DNA from: Kofleriaceae bacterium
GTDB lineage: Bacteria; Myxococcota_A; Polyangia; Haliangiales; Haliangiaceae
DNA length: 14,178 nt
Reading direction: 5' to 3'
Assembly: GCA_046597055.1 (NCBI GenBank)
Contig: JBKJLC010000042.1
Coordinates: forward strand, 1-14,178
Shown: in pieces, positions 7,701 to 14,178 of the stretch
Layout: each line of letters opens with the position of its first letter
How positions within the stretch are numbered: the stretch's first letter is position 1
The notes under the pieces: model-generated
The model's input: the letters and a program-made list of their open reading frames with translations, nothing else
What the model was told of the DNA's origin: nothing
Database searches by the model: none
Made by a program: the position numbers and the translations under genes

Positions 7701-10700
7701 ACTGCGAGAATCAGAGTCTCGGCGAGCGCATCCCGATCGCCGGCACGCCTTTCGAGCTGGCGTACGAGAGCTCGCGCGCGCTGGGTGCCGCCACCCGCAG
7801 CCTCGAGATTCCGCTATCGGGTCCGACGGTGCCGGCAAGCTGCATCGCCATCGAGGCCAAGGCCGTCGTCGGCGGTCGGCAGTTCTCGCGATCGTTTCCA
7901 TGTTTGCCGAACCTGGTGATGCCGTTCGAGTGGGATGGATACGACGCGTGGGGCCGCCGTCTGCAGGGCAGCCAGACACTGCGCTTCTCGATCGGCTATC
8001 GGTACCGGCCTCTGTACAGCGCAGTCACGCGGTTCGGACGTCCGGGCGCGGCGCAATTTTACTCCGCAGTCCGCCGCCAAGCGGACAGCAGCTTCACGAT
8101 GTGGACGATGATCCTCCTCGAGATCGGCGGTCGCTCCAACACCCCGGACAACAGCATCGGCGGCTGGGACCTCGACGTCCACCACACCATCGATCCGGAT
8201 AGCCGCACGATCAACCACGGCGACGGAAGCACCCAGAGCTACCAGCCGTTCGCTGGTGTCAGCATGGTGCTGCAGGGGACCCAGTCTTTCCCCGCCAACA
8301 CCTGGAGGTCGCTCGCCTTCGGCCCCGACGGCACGCTCTACTTTGCTGAAACAGCCTACGCGCGAGGCCAGATCAAGAGCCTCAGTCCGACTGGCGCGGT
8401 CCGGGTAGTCGCGGGGCTTGCGTCGCCGTGGCTTTGCAACGGCAGTACCCATACGGATCCGAACCCCACCGAGGGTCAAGCCGTCGAGGTGGTCCTCGGC
8501 GAGATCCTGGACGTGGAAGTCGGTCACGACGGGGACCTCTACGTGCTGTCGCTGCGGCACGTCTGGCGGATCACGCCCGGCGGCCGAGCGCGCATGATCG
8601 CCGCCTTCGAATCGGAGTGCGCCCCGCCGGGCGGATATCCCCCGGACGTGGCCGTGATTCCCGCGAGCATGCTCGGCAACGGCAACGCCACCGATCTGGC
8701 GCGTCGCTCCGACGGCGCGCTGTTCCTCGCCAACTCGCGCTACGTCGCACGGATCGCAACGGATGGCCACATCGAGAGACTCCCGCCTCTGACCAACGAT
8801 TGCTCCATCAAATCGATCGCGGTCAATTCACATGACGATCTGTATATCGGGTGCACGGGCCGAATCATGCGTCGCTCGAAGGCCGGCGTTGTCAGCAAGA
8901 TTCTCGGAAATCCCTCCAATAACTCGCAAGGGGACGGCGGCCCTACGTCCGACCCGAACGCCGGGACGAGCGGTCCAACCGATCTGGTCTTTGGCCCCGA
9001 TGGCGCGCTGTACTTCACTGAGAGCTCGTCGGCCATTCGGGTGATCCGGAACGATCGCGTCGACCGCGTCGCGGGCACGAGCCAGTCGGGCAACTACTGG
9101 CCGGGTGCCCCCCTGGACGCCAAGATCAGCGTCGATGCGCTCGCGGTCCATCCCGGTGGGGAGCTGTACCTTCATCAGCAGGCTCACGCGGAAGGACCGG
9201 AGGCGCTGCGGCGGATCACTGGCGGCTCCACGTCGATGACGATCATCCCGTCGCGCGATGGCGAGCTCGCGTATCGACTCGGCCCGGGGCAGCAACACGA
9301 AGCCACCGTCGACGCCTATACCGGCGCGCCCATCTACACGTTCGGCCACGACGCCAGCGGCCAGCTGGCATCCATCCGCGATACGTCGGGCAACGTCGTC
9401 ACGATCAGCCGAGATTCGGCCGGACATCCGACGGCGATCACCGGCCCCTACGGCCACCGGTCCACGCTGACCGTCGACGCCGCCGGGTATCTGCGCACGG
9501 CCACCAACCCGGCAGGCGAGACGATCACGGTCGTCCACCAGCCAAACGGCCTCCTGGACTCGCTCACCGACCCCAAGGGCTACCAGCACACGTATGCGTA
9601 TGATTCGAAGGGACGGCTGGAGACCGATGATCAGCCGCTGGGCTTCAAGTCGCTCCGTCGCATCGGCCGCCTCGCCGACTTTGTCGTCACCTTGACGACC
9701 GAGCTGGGCCTGGAGACGAAATACCGAGTCACCAAGTTGCGCGGAGCCGCTGCCGCGGTTTGCCCCTCGCCCTCCCTGGGGACCTGCTCGCAGCGCCAGG
9801 TGACCCAGCCAGACGGGACCGTGACCACCTCTCGGACGGCGCCCAACGGCCACTCCGTGGTCGTGATGGCCGACGGCACGCGGGTCGAGTCCAGAGAGGG
9901 TCCCGACCCCCGCTTCGGCATGAACTCGCCCCTCACCACCAGCATGAGCATCACCACGCCGAGCGGGCTCACCACGACCGCGACTCACCAGCGGACCTTC
10001 GAAGCCACCCTGCTCGACGGCCCGCTCGTGCTGGGCCGGCTCACCGATCGGAAGACCATGGGTGACCGCACCCACGTGACCGAGTGGAACGGCGCCGAGC
10101 GCTCCAGTACCGACACCTCGCCCGAGGGACGCGTTAGCACGAGCTTTTACGATGCGGCCAGCCGTCCGACCCAGGTCGACGTGCCAGGCATCGCGTCCAC
10201 CTACTACGAATACGACGCGCGCGGTCGCCTCGAACGGATGGTCCAGGGTGAGCGCGAGCTCGAGCACGTGTACCACCCGACCTCCGGGCAACTGCAGAAG
10301 GTGCGCGCGCTGGTCGGACGCGCCGGCGGCGTGCCGCAGTACCTCGAGTCCAGCTTCGACTACGACCGCGTCGGTCGACTGCTCGGGTCCACGTCGCCCG
10401 ATGGCGCCACGCTGGGGCTCACCTACGACGCCAACAGCAACCTGGAGACGATCACGCCACCCGGTCAGCCGGCGCACCAGTTCCAGTATGGGGCTGGCGA
10501 TCTGCTGCGCACTTACACGCCGCCGACACTCGGCGACGGCGTCGCGCGAACCGAGAGCTATCTGCCCAAGCTGAACGACCCCGATGGGCGCCCGTACCAG
10601 GTGACTGCGGCTGACGGTCGCACGACGACGTTCGAGCACGAACCGGTGACCGGTCGGCTGAAGAACTTGTTGATGGACGATTGGGGCGCGATCGCGTTCG

Positions 10701-12892
10701 ACTACGAGCCGAACGGCAGTCGCGTGCAGTCGATCGCCCGCGACGACACGCATGGCGGTCGGACGGCCATGTCCTACCAGTACGATGGGCCTGACGTGGT
10801 GGCGGTCTCGGTCGCTCGCAACGATTTCGGCGGAACCGTCGCCTATGATCGCAGCCAGTTCTTCACCAGCCACCGTGTGATCGAGAGGGTCAACGGAGGT
10901 AGCCCGATCGTCTTCCACTACGATCGGGACGATCTATTGCTCTCGGCCGGCCCGGTGACGGTCGTGAATGGCACCCAGAATGGTTTGCGCGAGTCGCGCA
11001 CGATCGGGGCGGTCGCCGAGTCGCTGCTGTACAACGAGTACGGGGAGCCCGAGTCGGTGGTCGCGACGTACGGGGGTGCCGAGTTGCTCGACAGCTCCTA
11101 CACCTACGACCTCCTGGGACGGATCGACACGATCACCGAGTCCATCAGCGGCGGCGCCGTGGTCACGCGCGGCTTTCGCTATGACCTGGCCGGACGACTC
11201 CAGGCGGTGACCGATGCGGCCGGGACCGTCCTGACGAGTTACGCGTACGACGCCAACGGCAACCGCACCAGCGCGCCGGGCGTGACCGCGGACGACGTCA
11301 TCATCGACGCGCACGACCAGCTGTGGGCGTACGGCGACCGCTCGTTCGAGTACACGCCGAACGGCGAGGTACGCGCGGCGAGCGATTCGTCCGGCACGAC
11401 CACCTACACCTGGGACCGGGTGGGCAGCCTCCGGCATGTCGAGCTGCCATCCGGCAGCGAGATCGACTACCTCGTGGATCCCGCCGGACGCCGCATCGGC
11501 AAGCGAGCGAACGGCGTCCTGGTCTACGGCCTTCTGTACGGCGGTGGCGGTAAGCCGGTGGCCGAGCTCGATGGCAGCGGCGCGCTGGTCACGCGGTTCG
11601 TGTACAGCACGTCGGCGGGCGCACCCGACGTCATGGTGCGCGGCGGCAGGACCTATGCGCTGGTCACCGATCACCTGGGCAGTGTTCGGCTCGTGGTCGA
11701 TTCCGCATCGGGGGCGATCGCCCAGCGGATCGACTACGACGAGTGGGGCCGCGTCCTGTCCGACTCGGCGCCCGGGTTCCAGCCGTTCGGCTACACCGGC
11801 GGGCTGTACGATCCGGACACCGGATTGGTCCTGCTCGGTGCGCGCGAGTACGACGCCGGCATTGGCCGGTGGCTGTCGCGCGACCCGGCGGGCTTCGTGG
11901 ACGGCGGCAATCGCTACACATACGTCGACGGCGACCCGATCAACCATCTCGATCCCACCGGCCTGATCTCCGTGACCTGGCAGGACGTCAGCGACTTTTC
12001 GGCCGGATTTGGCGACACGCTCACCTTCAACGCGACCCGGTGGGTCCGTCGGAAGCTCGACGTCGACGACGTCGTCAACAAGTGCTCGGGTTGGTACGCG
12101 GCCGGCGGCATCGCCGGCGAGGAGATGCAGGCGGCGCTGGTCGGCGCCGGGATGGCCGGAGCCGTGGCGCGGCTTGGCAAGCTGGGCCGCTTCGCCAACT
12201 GCGCAAACTCGTTCGTCGCGGGGACCTTGGTCGATACGCCCGACGGTCTGGTCGCGATCGAGACGCTCGACGTTGGCGATCTGGTCCTGGCCCGCAACGA
12301 CGCCACCGGCGAGGTCAGCGCCAAGCCGATCACCGAGCTGATCGTCTCGGCCGACAAGCGCACGCACGACCTGCAGCTCGAGCTCGACGGCAAGCTCGAG
12401 ACCCTCGGCGTCACCTCGGGCCACCCGTTCTGGGTCAAGGGCCGCGGCTGGACCAAGGCGCACCGGCTCGATGTCGATGATCTCGTCTACACCAGCAGCG
12501 GCCGCTGGGCCCGCGTGGTATCGATGTCACCCCGTGCTGGCTTCGCGTACGTCTACAACTTCACGGTCGCCGACTACCACACCTACTTCGTCGGCGAACT
12601 CGGCGCGTGGGTCCACAACTGCCCGGTCAATGCAAAGCCCTCGCTGTCGGCGTACAAGAAAGCGCTGAAAGAGGTTCATGCTAAAGTTGGGGGCCCCCTG
12701 CCCAGGGGCAAGCCTGGCAAATTCGGTAGTCCGCAGGCAGGAAACTCCAAGAAGGGCTATAGACTAGATCCTCCGCATGACGGCAAAGCACGGGGCGACG
12801 CCGAAGCAGGCTTCCATTTCAACTGGTGGAATTATACAACGGGAAAGCGCGGCAGCGGCGGGATTTCCGGCGCTGTACCCATAAGGGATTAG
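4724..12892 (+). CDS. Giant teneurin-like RHS/YD-repeat polymorphic toxin, probable lipoprotein (~2722 aa)
   Basis: ATG 4724 gives a signal peptide [27 protein letters not shown]. It is followed by RCC1 repeats, TSP3-like repeats, FN3, a carboxypeptidase-regulatory-like domain ([20 protein letters not shown]), an HFS motif, NHL repeats, YD repeats, an RHS core (TDHLGSVR...YDEWG...[10 protein letters not shown]...AREYD...GRWLSRDP...PINHLDPTG), a Hint domain and a variable tip. Confidence 0.93.
   Translation: [2722 protein letters not shown]
4862..5955 (+). other. RCC1/BLIP-II-type beta-propeller domain, 7 repeats (boundaries approximate)
   Basis: Seven copies of the pattern [AG]GxxH[TS]C...G.[VA].C[WAY]GxNxxGQLG were counted in the translation. 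Confidence 0.9.
5963..6290 (+). other. Thrombospondin type 3-like Ca-binding repeats plus one Cys-rich repeat (boundaries approximate)
   Basis: [35 protein letters not shown] and [35 protein letters not shown], followed by [23 protein letters not shown]. Confidence 0.85.
6300..6575 (+). other. Fibronectin type III domain (boundaries approximate)
   Basis: [18 protein letters not shown]...[10 protein letters not shown]...[15 protein letters not shown] matches the FN3 consensus. Confidence 0.85.
8290..9215 (+). other. NHL-like beta-propeller domain (boundaries approximate)
   Basis: Repeated blades: [71 protein letters not shown], plus the GDGGP motif. Confidence 0.8.
9280..11965 (+). other. 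YD-repeat shell and RHS repeat-associated core (start approximate)
   Basis: Many YDxxGRL-type repeats. The core ends in RDPAG...[10 protein letters not shown], with the second DPTG at 11951-11962. Confidence 0.92.
12209..12619 (+). other. Pre-toxin Hint (intein-like) domain
   Basis: Block A SFVAGTLV...[12 protein letters not shown], block B [9 protein letters not shown], block F [14 protein letters not shown], terminal VHN followed by C. Confidence 0.92.
12620..12892 (+). other. C-terminal toxin domain (90 aa), possibly a small basic nuclease
   Basis: It lies after Hint HN|C, is Lys/Gly-rich, and contains GYRLDPPH and HFNWW. GC drops abruptly here and a small gene follows immediately. Confidence 0.75.
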
Positions 12893-12897
12893 CATCA

Positions 12898-13350
12898 ATG
12901 GATGGCGTCAAGATTGACAATTTCCTGCGGGCTCATCCTGGGCTTCAATTCCCTGAATTTCAATCTTTGGCACCGGTCCGGTGCGCCGAGATTCGTCAGG
13001 GCATCGCGCATCGCCTGGGGCTGCCGTCAGATGCCGCGCCACTCGATGTCATCTCGAAGCTACATGATCGAGTCGGGCGTGTATTGGGCAGCGTGCCGGA
13101 CTCCGGAGTTCTCGATCTACGAGCCACGCTACTAACAGCTGGAGTGAATGACTGCGACCGAATTTGCCTGAACTGGTATCGCTTCAATGAGATTGATGAA
13201 ATTGGAGTTGATGATATGTCACGATGGTTTGATGATATTTGGTATCCAGCATCCGACGACATCGACCTATTCGACAGCACACTTGACTGGATCCTGAGCG
13301 TCTCCCATTCGGGACTGATCGATTTACGTCGCCTCGATATGCCGGCCTAA
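12898..13350 (+). CDS. Putative cognate immunity protein (150 aa)
   Basis: ATG 12898 lies 5 nt after the toxin stop, with an SD-like TAAGGGA at 12882-12888. GC is low (52 of 120 bases at 13141-13260). The acidic/aromatic C-terminal half (NWYRFNEIDE...WFDDIWYPASDDIDLFDSTLDWILSVSHSG) complements the basic toxin. Confidence 0.8.
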   Translation: MDGVKIDNFLRAHPGLQFPEFQSLAPVRCAEIRQGIAHRLGLPSDAAPLDVISKLHDRVGRVLGSVPDSGVLDLRATLLTAGVNDCDRICLNWYRFNEIDEIGVDDMSRWFDDIWYPASDDIDLFDSTLDWILSVSHSGLIDLRRLDMPA

Positions 13351-13361
13351 CTAACTAGCTA

Positions 13362-14178
13362 CAGCGTGCCCGGTAATTCAGGCCGGTCCTCGACGGAAGT
13401 GTCAGGGGCGGCGGCGACGATCTCCTCGTCACCCGTGCAACTCGAGGAGCGCCCCCATGGCAACGTCCCGTCCCCGGCCTCGCAGTCGGCAGCCAGAGCT
13501 GTTCGCGCGCTCGAAGCGCCCGGTGATCGTCATCGAGGAGAACCACCGCCTGGTGCAGATGACCGACGAGATCGACTGGACGGAGCTGGTGGAGCTGGTC
13601 GAGTCGATCCGACGGAGCAAGGTTACGAGCGCGGCGGGGCGACCGCCTCATCTGCGGGCGCTGACGGGGGCGCTCGTGTTCCGCGCGACTCGGCGGATGC
13701 CGTACCGGGTGACCGAAGATCAGATCCGGCACTACGCGCCGGCGCGGTACCTGTGCGGGCTGACCGAGAGCGAGTGGACACCGGACGCCAACACGATCCA
13801 GGACTTCGAGCAGCAACTCGGCGAGGACGGCATCCGTCGGATCAACGAGTACGTCGTGAAGTGGGCGGTGGAGGAGAGGCTGGCCGACCCACGGCTGATG
13901 GTGGCGGATACGACGGCGCAGGAAGCGGCCATCCCGCACCCGAACGAGATGGGCCTGATGGCGACGTTTGTGTCGGCGGTGGTGGCGGCGAGCAAGCGGG
14001 TCGGCCCCGCGTTGAAGGGGTTTCTCGAGAAGGCTGGCGGGCTCTTCGTCGCTGCGAAGCGCAAGGTCCGGGAGTACCGGCTGTTCGCCAAGGACAAGAG
14101 CAAGGCCGCCAAGGATCGGATGGTCGCGCAGATGGCGACGGTCGTGGAGGCGGTGCAGAAGCAGCTGGCGCCAGCGCT
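13362..14178 (+). mobile_element. Insertion sequence, probably IS5 family (left end approximate, right part outside the window)
   Basis: GC returns abruptly to high values after CTAACTAACTAGCTA. The candidate left end is CAGCGTGCCCGGTAATTC, and the transposase gene starts 95 nt inside. The right inverted repeat is not visible. Confidence 0.7.
13457..14178 (+). CDS. IS5-family DDE transposase, N-terminal part (partial)
   Basis: Translated manually because it is not in the ORF track. SD GAGGAG at 13444-13449, ATG 13457, open to the window end: ...NHRLVQMTDEIDWTELV...AGRPPHLRAL...ARYLCGL...TPDANTIQDFEQQLG...LMVADTTAQEAAIPHPNEMGL. This matches the InsH-like N-terminal domain and the first catalytic Asp (DTT). 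Confidence 0.85.
   Translation, partial: MATSRPRPRSRQPELFARSKRPVIVIEENHRLVQMTDEIDWTELVELVESIRRSKVTSAAGRPPHLRALTGALVFRATRRMPYRVTEDQIRHYAPARYLCGLTESEWTPDANTIQDFEQQLGEDGIRRINEYVVKWAVEERLADPRLMVADTTAQEAAIPHPNEMGLMATFVSAVVAASKRVGPALKGFLEKAGGLFVAAKRKVREYRLFAKDKSKAAKDRMVAQMATVVEAVQKQLAPA

Noticed and set aside
2785..12463. Long minus-strand ORFs (2785..4830, 4457..6235, 8828..10918, 10934..12463) and the many short alternative-frame ORFs
   Set aside because: Typical high-GC shadow ORFs overlapping well-supported genes, with no recognisable motifs.
12209..12619. Mobile intein with homing endonuclease
   Set aside because: Only 137 aa, with no endonuclease insert. The context is that of a pre-toxin Hint domain.
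12826..12897. Upstream start of the immunity ORF at 12826
   Set aside because: It overlaps the toxin coding region. ATG 12898 has an SD-like sequence and typical spacing.
13355..14112. Minus-strand ORFs 13355..13939, 13429..13620 and 13732..14112
   Set aside because: Antisense shadows of the + strand transposase.
1..14178. CRISPR array, tRNA/rRNA, T6SS effector markers (PAAR/VgrG), intrinsic terminators
   Set aside because: By eye I found no repeat-spacer array, RNA gene signature, PAAR motif or hairpin with a U-tract. The repeats present are protein-coding domain repeats.

Overview
GC-rich bacterial window; the protein repertoire suggests a myxobacterium-like organism, but this is inference. 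The left part (1-4578) holds a CDS 3' fragment, a hypothetical gene, and a degenerate CPBP/Abi-like membrane protein. That last gene is divergent, across a 21-bp gap, from a two-gene unit: an MlaF-like ABC ATPase fused to an MlaE-like permease, followed by a membrane-anchored protein with motifs reminiscent of the BPI/LBP (TULIP) fold. No MlaD/MCE gene is present in the window. The right part (4724-13350) is a polymorphic toxin locus. It encodes a ~2722-aa probable lipoprotein with 7 RCC1 repeats, TSP3-like Ca-binding repeats, FN3, an HFS (ZU5/Nup98-like) motif, a teneurin-like NHL + YD/RHS body, an RHS core, a pre-toxin Hint domain and a 90-aa C-terminal toxin, followed by a low-GC putative immunity gene. 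An IS5-family element begins right after it; its transposase runs off the window end and is missing from the ORF track.
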